The notes: generated from the letters alone by a model not told the origin. Shown: positions 24,491 to 39,399, counted from the first letter of the stretch. The stretch: DNA of 64,000 nt from Bugula neritina (GCA_964035545.1 OZ037773.1:10569751-10633750), one strand, 5' to 3'. A program made the numbers and translations.

Positions 24491-27400
24491 TTTATGAATT
24501 CAAATTCTCATATCCTCAAAGTCAAGGTTGAATATTGTAATATTATACTGTATTGTTATTATATTTTACGGTATTGTTATTATAATATTGTATTGCAATA
24601 TAATATTATATTATAATATTATACAATAAACTAGGCTACAATGTAGTCTATTGCATTCTCTTATTTTATACATAATACAATAAAATATTGTATATGTTAT
24701 ATTGTATTTATATTTTATATAATATAGCACAATTTACAGCATACTACATATAATGTATTATTATTTTGTGAAAACAAGAAATTTGTAACAGTAAAGGAAA
24801 ATGATAGCTACAAGATGTGTTGTATTCATAGCTGTCCTTAAAATAAAAGTTAGTCAACAAAATATTTTTCATACTTTCTCCATAAAAGAGAAACAAAAAA
24901 GTTGGTAACTTATAAAATAGACACACACATAGAATATATATAACATACATCTCTCTGTCATTTGAATATTGGTAGAATTTGATGTAAAATGTAGAATTTT
25001 GTAACGCTGAGTCAAGATGAAAATATTTCGTCATCACTTGAAATTAGACATTATAACAACTGTCCTGTGTCGCAATGCATTGAAGATAGATGATGGATTT
25101 CACAACGTTTGTTTGTAGCTTTCTATTCCCAGATGGATAGTATGTAATACCAGCACAGTATCACATATTACTATAATATATTACCAGTGTCACATATTAC
25201 TATATTATAATATAACCAGTATCACATATTACTATAATATATTACCAGTATCACATATTACTATATTATATTACCACGCAGTATATTATATTCAGAATGT
25301 CAATTTAGTTTCATGTCATTGATAATACTTTGCCCAAATAAAGCAATTCATCAGATTTGATGTGTTCCTATTTTTGTTTTTTTCTTTGTTCGTTTTTAGG
25401 ATTATAAAAGAATCAGCTGGTACTTGAAATTACAATACTTTTATTAGGAGTCAAGGTTTGGGGGTGAGTTAGGACTCCTTCTAATCCTCTCTCTTGCTTT
25501 ATGATTTCAACTACTGCTTCAAGTACTTGCTATAAATTAATGTACCAGCTAACATTGAATAGTAAAATATTAATACAAAGTTTAAAGATATTGTGAAACA
25601 ATTCTCCTTCAAGTAGTAATTTAATTCTTTCCATCAGTGAAAGCTATTTAAGTGATGTTTTTATGATCATCAATTTACATAAGTCAGTGTTAAATGACAT
25701 CAGCCAGCATGTGCTCCAAGTTGCCTGTATATGCTGTATATGACATTGCTAGCTAAGTGCTCTCTCTATATAGGTATGATGACACTGGTGTGAAGTGCTC
25801 AACCTGACACTCTACAGGTGATTTACTTACTCGCACAATTTGTAACAATATAACAACAAAGTGCAAACAATGTTGAATCAGGGAATATCTAGTATATCTC
25901 TCGTAGCAGTATTTGTTCAGCATTAACAGGATTTACTTACCTTATACAAGCTATTGGAATACAAATGGCTTTTTTGATACTTTTTAAAGGAATTTGAGTA
26001 CCAATTTATAAGTTAATTATAGACACAACACTTGAACACCAAACTACTCGATGGTGCCGAAAAGGTACCTGATGTTACTACAACATATATAGTGGGCATA
26101 TAGTGAGCGTATAGTAAACCTAATATAATGAAAATACTATAGTGGACATATAGTGGACATATAGTGAACATATAGTGAAAGTACGTGACCGTATATATAG
26201 CAGTGTTTGATATAAGAGTTGGACACAGGCCATATCTCTAGCCTTGGCTATGCGTTTGGCAGTTGGGTTTGGCAGTTGGAGCTCTGAATAGCCAGCCTGT
26301 TTCATGGAATGCACCGCCATCACCTCATACTGTTTATTCAATCAAGCGTCAACTGCTGGAAATATATATGACTGGGAGAACTGGTTTAATGCTATAAAAA
26401 CATTCTAGTTTTTGCTTTTTTGACAAAAAGTTGGCTGCATACAGTGCAGTATGCTATTATCATAGCAGCTGTGATTAATGTTGTAGATCATTTATACTAC
26501 TTAGAGTTAGTGGTAGCAGTAGTGATAGTATAGTAGTAGCAGCAGCTGCAGTACCAGTAGCAATATATCAACACCAATAGTAATAGCTGGAGTAGTTAGT
26601 ACTAGTAGTGATAGTACTAGTAGTGATAGTACCATTAGTGATAGTACTAGTAGAGTGGTATAGGGTTGAGGAGTGGCAGTAGCACTAGGGTCTTCTAGAA
26701 GTGGAAGTATAGTAGTGGCAGTAAAGATATATTCTTTTATTCAGACTAGAGTTTGTGTTGCAGTTAGAGAGACTGGACACCTCGTGGACGTACCCACGTG
26801 TTGCTCAACAAACACTCGCTACTCTCTTATCTCAGCTACTTCATCAGGCTCACCCATCCCCTGTAAAGTGTGGCAATTAACATCCTATCTCTCTGGTCTA
26901 CATCACTCATGACTAGTCTAATATTTGCTCACAGATACTAATACCCTCCCCGATAAGGCCAGCATGATTCTTACAAGTCCCCTAAACTTTTGGTAAGGAC
27001 TGTGTTGGTATGCCCCTTACTGCTGAAGCATAGCCTTAGACTGAGAGCCTGTGTAGAAGCTGGGGGACTGCGGTGTACTACATACCCCCAATAGAAGGCC
27101 ACTCCAGGCCTCAAGTGCTGTGAGAATTGTCAACATAGCAGATAGCATTATGTACCCTCTTGAGCTCAACTGTCTTTACAAATTTACCTTTCGAGATTAA
27201 TTGCACCACTCTAGAATAACCAAGTGTTGATTTCTCAATAAAATGAAAAGCTATTTGTTTTAGCAATCTTATCTTCAACTCCACTTGAAGATGTGCAAAA
27301 ATATAATATTATTTTAATAAATTTTTTGTTTGAAGTGAAGTCAAACATTAATCAAGTTACGTTTATCAGCTTGATCTACTTGGCACTCTACCAAAGTATC

Positions 27401-28534
27401 TCTCTTCGGATCTCCGATCCTCCTTTTTAGATACTGAATGGTGGAATCTATTTGCAGAGCTTCATCCTGGTCTGAAATTCTACCAAACAAAATTAATTCA
27501 AGTTTAAAAGGCAGATTTCAGTCAGAAAAGTCTTGCCAACTGTTGAGTGTAGACTTATGAGTGATATGTGCGCGAGCTGGGGTCTCCAACCACTGGTTGA
27601 CCTATTCTGGTACAGTCTCTGCCTAAGGAACTTGGCAGTTTTTGCCCATTTAGATAAGGCACTAGTCCAGTAGCCAGAGAGGCTAAACTCTGCGGCTAAT
27701 ATTGATTTCCCTGATCTGTGGAGCATGTCTCACTCCTTCCTCGGTGAAGATCTTTCATAACTCTTCTCTTTCATTACCACACTGGGTGAAAAAACTACTC
27801 TGTCAACATACTTTATTGCCTGAGTCTGTGAAACACATAAAAAGTTTTATTTAATTTCCACTCTTTGATAGAATTTGTACCACATCTGGGTTTCTGGAGG
27901 TGAACCACCAAAGGCGTAATCTATGTATATATTCCCACTGGTTCTGCCATTCTACCTTCTACAATAAATCACATTTCCTCATTTATTTCACACCATTACA
28001 ATCATTAAAAGCAGCCCCTTAAAGTGGAAAAAATCCCCCCTCCCCCTTACAGCACACTAATCCCTCCTCTCCTCCTCCTGACAGCAAACACTTGATGTTT
28101 GCTGTTAGAGCTGATAGAAATCCCCTGACCAGACTGTTAGTCTAAGTATCAACGCTGTATGTAACTAAGGAGGTGGGGTGGGTCACTGCCCAAACTCTAG
28201 TAATATTATGTAATTTGCTCACCATTCAACCAGCAATTCATCATGTTGGTGTTATAGTAAGAATTCGCTCTCTCTAGGTGACACTTGACAATGAATATTA
28301 ACTGAATATTGAGCAATGGGGACTGCCATGGAAACAGCTGGTAATTTCATGCTAATTCTATGGTTCGCAGCCAGCAACTTCAGAATAACTCAGCTTTCAT
28401 TGTCCAATAATTGACTTTTTATTTTGATTTATTCATGAAATGAGGATATATTGTATAGCTGAGATATTTATGAATATTTTGCATTAGAAATGTGCCAACC
28501 TTTTGATGGTGTGAGAGGAGTATAGGTGGCTAGT

Positions 28535-28782
28535 CATATGACCTACAACCATCACTACCTCAGTCACTCTCTATATGCCATATGACCTGCAACCATCACT
28601 ACCTCAGTCACTCTCTATATGCCATATGACCTGCAACCATCACTACCTCAGTCACTCTCTATATGCCATATGACCTGCAACCATCACTACCTCAGTCACT
28701 CTCTATATTCCATATGACCTACAACCATCACTACCTCAGTCACTCTCTTTATGCCATATGACCTACAACCATCACTACCTCA
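28535..28782. repeat. 44-bp minisatellite
   Basis: catatgacctgcaaccatcactacctcagtcactctctatatgc x~5.5. Confidence 0.9.
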
Positions 28783-30398
28783 TCACCATCTAAAGTTTTG
28801 GCCTGAAAAGTCAAACTTGAAGTCCATATTTTAGAAATTTTAATATGAAAACCTTAAAGTAATGATTATGTTACAAGATATTCCCAGGTACATCAAGTGG
28901 AAGCTGAAGAGAGGATAGTGTGATGAGAATACTAGGTAATATATTTTCTGTTTTTTAGATTCAACAGTTGCCAGAATACATAAACATACAGGCAGTACAG
29001 CTGGTGATGTAAGTGGAATACCAGTTGGCTGGTTTGCTAAGACATAAAAAGTAACATCAAAGGAATTATTTTGTTATATCATAGTTTAGCTGAGATCTAT
29101 AAGTCCTCAAGGCTAAACGGACACCTCCCACCCTCCCTTACTTTCAAAGTAACCCGGACATAGCAATAGAGGTTTAGGCTGAAAATAAATTAGTTTTATC
29201 ACCAATCTGGAGACTTCAATCAACTCATGAGAAGATTTGAGGAAACTCCAGTATTTCAAACAGGAGATGAGATAGGCCAATAGGGTGTCCAGAATGTTAC
29301 CTGCACTTCTGCTATATGCTGGACAGCCGCTAAACCCCCTCCAAACCCCCTCCAAACCCCCTCCAAACCCCTTCCAAACCACCAGAAAATATTATACTGG
29401 ATCTCCTTGTTAACCCCCAGAAAACCCCCTTTAAACCTTTAGCACACCCTGCAAGTCATTTCTCAGCTCATTGTTGTTCTGCATTGCAACCAATCAGCCG
29501 AATAAGAAAGGCAAATATTTTGACAATAGCTGCTACTCTACAGGCCTTTGTGTGTGTTTACATATATGTGACTAATGGAGCTCAGGAAAATAGAGAGAAA
29601 TAACAACTTAGTGTCACAGTGTTTCCAATTTGTTTATTTGTTTACAGAGCAAATTGGTAACATACAGCCTGAAGCCCTGCACAGTGTGCGTGCATTGCGG
29701 GAGGTGTAACATGGCCCTCAGCCTGATCTATGTTGGCAATGATTTCAGACACTAGATAAAATCTTGTTGCTAATGTATGCCTGTATTATGTGAATATAGG
29801 ACTTCTGGTGTGTCTATTATATTATCATTTCTTGCCTTACATTTCCTCTAGCCAGCCTAAATAGAAAAGTCACTTTCTGTTGATTTTCTCAATTGCATAA
29901 CTTAGTAATAATAATGCAATCTTATTTCTTACTCATCACTGAACAGACCATTGTTTCTATGACAATAAGATGTAAACAAGAAGTTGAAAGGCCAAGGTCA
30001 ATTAAGATGTTTCATTGAATTGCTATTTGTATAAGTTATTATTTATCATAACTAAGAAGTGTCAATCAGTCATCAGTCACAAAGAGTATACTCAACTTTA
30101 TCTTCTGTAAACAGTTACACAACTAGTGTCAATATAGCAATCACTTCTGTCACCTTGTGAGCAGCCCATCACATGGCAGGATCTCTTCTCTCACTCCTCT
30201 GACTCCTTCTTTAGGATTATGTTACTGTACAGTGTAGATGGTTCAATTTTTAAAATATTGTTTTGTTGTAGATGTAGATCGACATTTTGTGCAAAATGTA
30301 GCAATATTTCACTAAAAATTACCATTTCTTCAAGCGAGAACGCTTGCAAATTTATGAATTAGTAATATAAACCTATAAATACATTTAATACGTCATGT

Positions 30399-30471
30399 GC
30401 CTCGATAGCGCAGTAGGCAGCGCGTCAGTCTCATAATCTGAAGGTCGTGAGTTCGATCCTCACTCGGGGCA
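30399..30471 (+). tRNA. tRNA-Met (elongator, anticodon CAT)
   Basis: 73-nt cloverleaf GCCTCGA..TCGGGGCA, anticodon arm TCAGT-CTCATAA-TCTGA, A box TAGCGCAGTAGG, B box GTTCGATCC, upstream TATAAAT. Confidence 0.97.
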
Positions 30472-30473
30472 TA

Positions 30474-30480
30474 TTTTTTT
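30474..30480 (+). terminator. Pol III oligo-T terminator
   Basis: T7 run immediately after the tRNA. Confidence 0.8.
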
Positions 30481-33400
30481 ATAACTTATTAATCAAATTA
30501 TAATAATGGTATAAACTATAATAAATAGTAATATGCTTTAAAATATTTATTATGTTATGCAATCATTTATAACAATTGTTCTTTACATATTATATGACTA
30601 AACTATGACACTTATATTTTAATCATAATAGCAGAAGGGTGTTGCTTTGAAAAAACTCTACTGTTCTTCATAGAGTAGAGTTTAGCAAAACGCTCTTGAA
30701 AATTCTTATCTGTAGGGTGTATATTGAATGGTTGGTTATAAATATGCGCTTTAAACAAAAAACAATTGGGTTTTTAAGACCAAAACCATATATATGGGAA
30801 GTGGAAAACTATGGAGGTTGTACGGAAGAATATAAATGGAGACTAAAGTTTGCAGACCGAGTTGTGTGTGACCAGACTAGCTGGAAGAAGGAGATGTGTT
30901 TACTATAACGTGATGTACCGTAGTAATTGGCAGCTACACACTACCTTTATACAGCTGCTGGTATTTCAACACAAATAGGGGAGTCAAAGAGCAATGCACG
31001 AGGAAGTATGCTATTATTATAGACTGGCAACAGAACCAGTAGCTACAGGGTAGGATTTACTAGACTCCCCCTCTACCCCCCCCCTGCCCTCTCCTCTATC
31101 ACCTTTCCCTTCCCCCTATGCTACTTTTGTACATCTCTACAAAAGATTAGAGCTGTGCAAACATGGAATAAAAAGTCATTTCATTATTATTACCATTCAT
31201 GAAACTACTGTATAAATATTTGATGTAAAGTTGCAAGGCTTTTACATTATGTAATTTACAGGGCAGAACTTGCAGCTTACAATATTGTGTTTCAGCATTT
31301 CTTTTTCTGGGAGTAAACCCTCCACTGAGGGTTACATCTAGATCCGCCACTGAGGGTTACATCTAGATCCGCCACTTAAGGTTATAAGTTCCATTACAAC
31401 CCGGATCTAGAGTGAATGCCATGAAGTGCATCTATTTTCTACACTGTGGGATGAAAATCTGGTGAATAATTGATGCAACAACTAATCAGCTTGTTTGTCG
31501 TCTTCCCATGATTCACTGCACATTTGTGGTCTCTGGGCACTTCCAACCAAACTGATTACTTAGAACTGTAATTACATGTGATTACAGAGATCCTGCTCAT
31601 TGATGTCTTATTCCTAACACTTAGAAATGTAATTACCTTTGATTGCAGATGTCCTGCACATTGAAGTCTAATTTCCAATTAGTTGATTTTGGGAGTTGCC
31701 ATTCTGCAGAATTTTCCAGAAGGAATTAGGTTTAGATGGTGACCAAGTAAGACATGTCCAAAGGGTGAGTTGTTAGTGGAGTACACAGTTGTATGGTGGA
31801 GGCAATTCCTCACAGCACTGGTGTGTACAGTCACGCAGTAAATCCTTCATATAGATTCCTAGTATAAGCATATAATTATAGTGAGTATTAGCATAGATAG
31901 TGAGTAAAAGCATAGATAGTGAGTATAAGCATAGATAGTGAGTATAAGCATATATAGTGAGTATAAGCATATTAGTGAGTATAAGCATATATAGTGAGTA
32001 TAAGCATATGCATACTAATTTGTTTGAGGCTACCAAAGTGAATCATTTAACTTTTTACTACAAAACTCAGAAAGCTTGAAGATTAGGAATTGTCACTAGT
32101 ATGGGACAAAATAGCTGATATTCGATAGGCTGGCCCTAGATGCGCACCATTGCCACACATGATCTGAGACAAGGTCCTCAGGCTAGGAAAAGCTGTAAAC
32201 ATGGCGGAAGTGATGGTGAACCGATTACCGCAGAAACTGGTAAAAATATTTAGAGAAGAGCCAAGATGGGATATTTATAGGCATAGTTGTAAGTGGCAGT
32301 AGTGTTTGATTCACCACACATAGTAGGGCAATCAGTGCAACTATCTACATAGTAAACAACAGTAAATAATAGCGTAGTGCTTCACATCTACTAACTTCTT
32401 TTTCATTAACAGCAAAAAACCATCAACTGGTTTAGCAATGCCGCAGGATTGGTCGGAAAAGAGTGCAGAAATTTTATAAATATACCAGAAACCAAAACAA
32501 ACTTCAAAGTTTTAATGGTTTTTGTAAAGCTTCCGTCATGCTAGCATCTCTAGGGTTTGTTAGCTTGGGCAAGTTGCCAAAATATCTCCCCATACAAAGG
32601 ATAATGATTATAAAATGAAAACAAGGAGATGGTAGAGTACAACTACGAGTGTTGTTGAAAATAAAGCTTCTATTTGGCGGTTGAAGCCTCTTGGCGTGAA
32701 TTAATTGCTGCGTGACATTGGAGATGACGAAGCTGGTGTAGTCTTGTATTGGCGGGTGAATTGTTCGCTAGGCCATCTGTCAGCTAGCTGCTGTATTGTA
32801 CTCTGTTTTCTATACTATATACTCCATACTGGTAACTCTGCACATGCTCTGTAGACAAAGACTTTTCACAAATTGTATCTATCAGTTTTGGTGTGAGGCT
32901 CTCCTAGGGCTATGTTTCAGTCTGAGTTCACGGGCTACATTGTTTGAGGTATGCTCACAGGTTGATGTCCTTTTAGTGGCTACAGACGGAGCCAATACTC
33001 ACCGCATATCCTTCTCATGGTTTTACTTTACTTTATCTTCATCCCTGCATTATCCCTCATCCCTGCTTTATCCCTCATTATTGCAACAGAGGTGTTTTAT
33101 TTGAGAGAGTTTTTTGTCCTTTGCTGCGGTCTACTTGGTTCCATAAAACTGATTATCTTGGTGTTTGGGGCTATAATTATGTAATCATTCCTGCTACCTC
33201 CATGGATTCTTTGCTTTATGCATCTGTATATGCAAGCAGACACTTGCAGGGTTATAACATTGTAGATAACTTATTTAATGTTTTCTGCAGCTGAGGATAT
33301 GGTGTGGCGAGGCAATACCAACCATTAGCTGGTGGGTAGTATATGGTACGAAGAGGCTGCTATTATGTTGTGCTGTGTGAACTACTTCAATGGAAGATGG

Positions 33401-34732
33401 TGATTCTGATAACAGAAGTGGTACTGCTTAATATACTGGAGTTGCTGGACTCTGGGTGATTATATAATACGGTATGTGGGAGTTGCGATACTTGATGATT
33501 CAATCTGTTATTATTTAAAGACAACACTCTGATGATAAAGGAAAATCATTTCAGCTTCACATGACTTGCATTCAGCATTGAAAGATTTAACATGTTTACT
33601 ATTAATATAAACTATAAACATAGGCCAATCAGATGCAGTGTTTTAATATCGGCAGCCAATCGGAAGCGTGGGAATTTGAAGCAGGTGTTTCAAGGCAGAC
33701 GAGCATAAAGTGGGCACAACAGGTGAATTCCAACAGTTTGAATGCGAAATGATGCTGAGAACATAAACCGTAATCTAAAGCCTATCTTTAGCCATAAAAC
33801 CACAGCAACCACAATGTTTGCCTGTAAGGAGCCTATGAACGTTCACCCCACTCTAACAACCGCAGCCGGAGACCCCATTGGCTAGCCCCTAGAGAGCTCT
33901 AATATCCCTGGTTTGGTTTTATCGGCCCATCAACAAATTGTATACAAAGTGACTCTTAAATTACTTGACTAACAAAGTTGGCAAATAGTACAAAGAGGTG
34001 ATTGTCGTGGGGAAAATATAATTCTACAACCACATTATAAGACACGCGTGGGTAAATGAAACACAACAAGAAAAACATCGTTTAAGTCAATCTTAGTCTG
34101 ACTGATTGACTGAACCTATTATTTAGTTATTGTTGAATTTGTTGATGGCAATCTGCAGGAGTTGAATTCGTCTCCCATCTTTCCTGTGTGCAAACAAATC
34201 AATTTATTTTAAATAATTTTGTTTTTATTTTAATGCCACCAAGTCTATGGCTGAAATTACTGAGAAATTCCCCAGTAAAAGTCTATTATTGGCCACACTG
34301 TGAGGTTTCATGGCCACACTGTGAGGTTTCATGGCCACATTGTGTGGTTTCTAGTCACAACATATTTGAATAACACAAAAAATATTATTTCAATAAATAT
34401 TCATGGAATAATAAGAGAGCACCAAAAGTTGGCTGCGATTGTGGAATACATTATATTCTGTTTATTCCATTCACTGTGACTCATATATTTTGGCTGCAAT
34501 ATTTTGGGCATAACTTAGCACTAAGTTTGCTTAATCTTGCATGAAATATTATCAACTCTTCCAAAGCTAAAATATGTAATAATACTTTATAATACGGCCT
34601 TGTCAGATTGAGAGTGTGCCAGAAAGAATAAATACCTCGGTTAGAGTTTATTCAGGGTTGACTTTAAGTTGAGACTTTAGCCATTACTAAAGGGACAACA
34701 GTGTATAGATATTAGGTATAGTAGTGTTGGTG

Positions 34733-34970
34733 TACCAGTAATATACCAGTAATATATTAGTAATATATCAGTAATATACCAGTAATATACCAGTAGTATA
34801 TCAGTAATATACCAGTAATATATTAGTAATATATCAGTAATATACCAGTAATATACCAGTAGTATATCAGTAATATACCAGTAATATATCAGTAATATAC
34901 CAGTAATATATTAGTAATATATCAGTAATATACCAGTAATATATCTGCAATATACCAGTAATCTATCTGC
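34733..34970. repeat. 11-bp minisatellite agtaatatacc
   Basis: Direct inspection. Confidence 0.9.
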
Positions 34971-37574
34971 AATATATATTTAATACACCTGTAATATATG
35001 ATCAGGAATATATCTGTAATATGCCAGTAATATATATATCTCAGATACCTGTAATATATATTTCATATACCTGTAATATATGATTAGTAATATCAACACA
35101 ACTAACAAAAAACACACAACAAACTAATGTCAACTATAATCTAGTTTTTATGCTAATCCTTCAACATCTGTGCATAGCTGAGGGGATTATGGAGGTCAAC
35201 CTGTAGACAAACTTGCAATGTTGCAAAAAATAGATTCATATTATTTCATCCAACTTGATATTTCCTCACTATGATTCAGCATATTGTTCTCGGCTTGGTA
35301 AAACACAATGTAAATAAACAGACTACCTCGGACTAAACTCAGACTACCTCGGACTAAACTCAGGCTATCTCAGAATATCTCAGACAACATATAAAAAGGA
35401 GTATATGGTCTGTAATTGGATTAATTAGAATATTTGTGTAGAGATGTGAGAAAGTGTCTGCCTGGACTAATTAACTGTCATATATATTATCTAAATACGA
35501 GTACATGAGAGGCGCTAAGCTCGTGTGAGTTTAGGGTAGATAACTCCAAGATTGAAACCTGAGGGGATGCTAAATTAGCTGTAATTATACACACATATGA
35601 ACTGAAATGGAGAGCCTTGTCAACAAATTAATACAATGCTTCAAACAGACACAAGTATTTTCAACATAGCGGCTCTTTGTTACACGCGGTGCTGCCAAGC
35701 AGCGTTTGAGTGGCTGCAACTAATAGGATGACTAATGAATGCCAATTATAGACTCAATGTGACAGCAGAGTGTAGAATGCTGGAGGTCAACATACTGATA
35801 CTAAACACTCAGGCCAAGTTCTATCAACATTACAACTCATGGAACTGATATAAGAATCTAAACCTTTCAGTAACTTTGTTTCCTGTGCCAATGTATGTGT
35901 GAATTGTGTTATGCAGTATAGTAATCAATTTCAAGAGAAACTCAAAGTTTTTGTTGAATGAAATCTTAAAAACAACATATTAGTTTAGTTACCCAAATTC
36001 TTACAAAGTACATATAGAGCTGGGAGTTGTGTGCTCATAAGACTGCAGCTGTTAGAAGCAGTTAGTTTTATGACATTAAAGTAATAGACTGAAACTAAGA
36101 CTATCTACATGAAGGGCAGCAGAGGAATATCACTCTATATTCCGTTCCTATTCTAACGAGTTTGCGGTATATGTGAGTTGTGTTCACTATGTTCTCAACA
36201 CTTGTAGTGTAATAACAATATTACAATCTATTATTATACTTGGTAGCAACAGTTATACAGTGATGGATAAAATAAATATATATAGAGAGAAAAATGGTCA
36301 ACTGCACAACACATGACCTGTCAACAGCCTGTCACAGCTCTGCAGGTGCTGCAAGGTACTGCCAGGGTATTATTTTTAAACTGTCAGTTTGTCTCTCACA
36401 GGCAGTTAAAGTTCTTCACTGTTGGGCTGAGCCAAAACTTAGTGGGTTGTGATGTGAATTAATTATACTAAGACAAAGACTGTATATTAAGACTGTATTA
36501 TAATAGATACTGTATATAAAGTGTATATATTATAGAGAGTGTATATTATAACATAGAGAGTGTATACTGCAGAGAGTGTATATATATATAGAGTGTATAT
36601 ATATAGAGTGTATATATATAAAGTGTATATATAGAGAGTGTATGCTGCAGAGAGTGTATATATATAGAGTGTATATATATATAGAGTGTATATATATATA
36701 GAGTGTATAGAGAGGGTGGGGAGAGTGAATAGACATTATGTAACATATAATACAATGTAAATTGTATTAAATTAATCTCACTTTCAAGCTGATTAAAGTT
36801 AATTATCTCCTAACAGAAACAAATTACTTAGTACAACAATATTTAATTTAATTAGTACTTTTATCATTAGAGTATTTAAAACTGCAGAATGTATTATAAT
36901 ATTTTAATTAGTATTTAAGTAAAAGATTAATAATTAATATTGTTATCCAAGATGAGTAGATGATTTAATAAATATATAATAACTTGATAATCCTGTGATT
37001 AAGGAGGTACTGTGGAGCTTTCACATCTGAAGAGGAATTAATTAAAGAGAAGCTGTAGCCTGTGAGTAGCCTGTGACATCTTCACTGTTATGTGAGGGTG
37101 CTTACACCAACACCCCATAGTTCAGTGAGTCAAAACTTGGAGCTAATCTTTTAGAGAAAAGAGAATTAAACAATAAGAATAATAAAAGAAAATCTTGTTA
37201 GAAGCTTATTATATCCAGTCTTGTGATGTGGCAGAAAAACAATAAGTTTATTTCTCTCAGTTGGGGCTACATTCCATGCATTGTTTAAACATGATCAGCT
37301 TTGTTATGTAAGATAGCGTATGAATATAATAAATAACTCTCCTAACATATTATGTTATTGTATTATATTATATATTATTACAGCATTGCATGCAGTTGTG
37401 TTTCTTAAAACACCTTCTATGGGCTGCCAAGTTGATCAAAAAATACTCCTTTCACCAGCCCACATGCCGACACCTGCCAAGTGAAATCAACCTCTGCTGT
37501 TTCACTGAACTGCAGGCTACTGGTTTGGCAGGTGGAAGTTGGTACTCCCACTTCTTGCAGGTACTTGATATAGA

Positions 37575-37871
37575 GTATTATCTGCCATATACTGTATATT
37601 ATGTGCTATATACCGTATATTATCTGCCATATACTGTATATTATCTGCCATATACTGTATATTATGTGCCATATACTGTATATTATGTGTCATATATTGT
37701 ATATTATGTGCCATATACTGTATATTATCTGTCATATACTGTATATTATGTGCCATATACTGTATATTATGTGCCATATACTGTATATTATCTGTCATAT
37801 ACTGTATATTATGTGCCATATACTGTATATTATGTGCCATATACTGTATATTATGTGCCATATACTGTATA
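37575..37871. repeat. 21-bp minisatellite tatactgtatattatgtgcca
   Basis: ~14 copies. Confidence 0.9.
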
Positions 37872-38286
37872 CTGAATATATATGACATATACTGACAATG
37901 CTCTTTTCATCATATCAATTTTATTTTGATAACTTCTGTTATTAAAAACACAAAGCTAAAGATTAGTGTAGAAATTCAATATTTATTCAATAAGTATGGT
38001 TCGTCACATGCAGATGTGCTACAGTAACAGTAATTCTACCAAACAACTTTCTGACAATATAAATAAAACATATTCTATAATTTATTTCAAAAGAGTTGAC
38101 AACAGAATAAGATAACATATAATACAACAAATAGGGGGGGTGTATGACCTGCCCCTTCCTTGTATGCAACAGGATTTCAGTTCTTTCTGATTGCACTGTT
38201 CTCCTTAGTATTGAGAGTTGTCATTCCCTAACAACTATTGCATACACAGTAACTATGGTAACCATGGCAGACTACTTTGGGATTGT

Positions 38287-39394
38287 CTACTCCAACGACC
38301 CCAACATTAACAGCTGTTTGAGTACTTTAGTCTGACTCGTCTCTCTAATCTCTCCCGCCAGGAACATCTCGTCAACTACACTGTATACCTGCAAGGAGGA
38401 GTTATCAGACTACAATATACCTGCCTTAGACTATAGTATACCTGCCTCAGACTATAGTATACCTGCCTCAGACTACAGTATACCTGCAAGGAAGAGTTAT
38501 CAGACTATTGCATACCTGCAAGGAGGAGTTATCAGACCACAGAATACCTTATAGAAGTTGAAGACGAGGTCCAGCTCACACACATTATGGAAATACTCGT
38601 TGAGAACTTCTACAAAGTTGTGGATAGCCTCGAGATAGGCTAGACTGTTGTCTGTCGTGTCTACACAGACACAGAAGAAGAGGCCTGCGTACCTTCTGTA
38701 TACTATCTTGAAGTTCCTAAACTGTGGAGATATGTTATAGACATATAATATAGAGATATAATATAGAGATATAATACAGAGATATAATATAGAGATATAA
38801 TATAGAGATATAATACAGAGATATAATATAGAGATATAATATAGAGATATAATACAGAGATATAATATAGGGATATAATACAGAGATATAATATGGAGAT
38901 ACAACATAGAGTCATAGTATAGATATAGAGAGATATAATATAAAATGATACTATTGAAGAGTTGCCTCACCTCCACGAAGTTGGTGTGTTTAGCATCACG
39001 CACAGTGACAACTGAATGAACTTCTTCTATCAACTTCTGCTTCTCTTCGTCATCAAAGTGCATGTACCACTTGGCTAGCCTCGTTTTACCAGCTCGGTTT
39101 TGTATAAGTATGAATCGTATCTACTCAACATACAAGAATAACCCATAATATATCTATAATATACCTACAATATATCTATAATATACCTACAATATATCTG
39201 TAATATACCTACAATATATCTATAATATACCTACAATATATCTATAATATACCTACAATATATCTATAATATACCTACAATATATCTGTAATGACAAATG
39301 ATAACTAAACTAGTCCCAAAAACTACTTGTTGATTGATTATGTAAAGTTAAAAGGTTTGTTAAACAGAAATTAAATGACACTAAAATTTACCAT
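38287..39394 (-). CDS. AP2S1: AP-2 complex subunit sigma, 142 aa, 4 coding exons
   Basis: Exons 39394-39392 (ATG|gt), 39120-38971, 38721-38548, 38388-38287: [20 protein letters not shown]...[16 protein letters not shown]...[45 protein letters not shown]. Confidence 0.98.
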
Positions 39395-39399
39395 TTTAC

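Noticed and set aside
27370-27830. Exon-like GC-richer block on the minus strand
   Set aside because: Stops break every long frame; possibly a decayed TE or lncRNA but unsupported.
38389-38547. AP2S1 intron 3 as a newly gained intron by AG|GT duplication
   Set aside because: From recall, vertebrate AP2S1 has an intron at the same FYK|VY position, so the intron is probably ancestral and only its content is duplicated. Not verified here.
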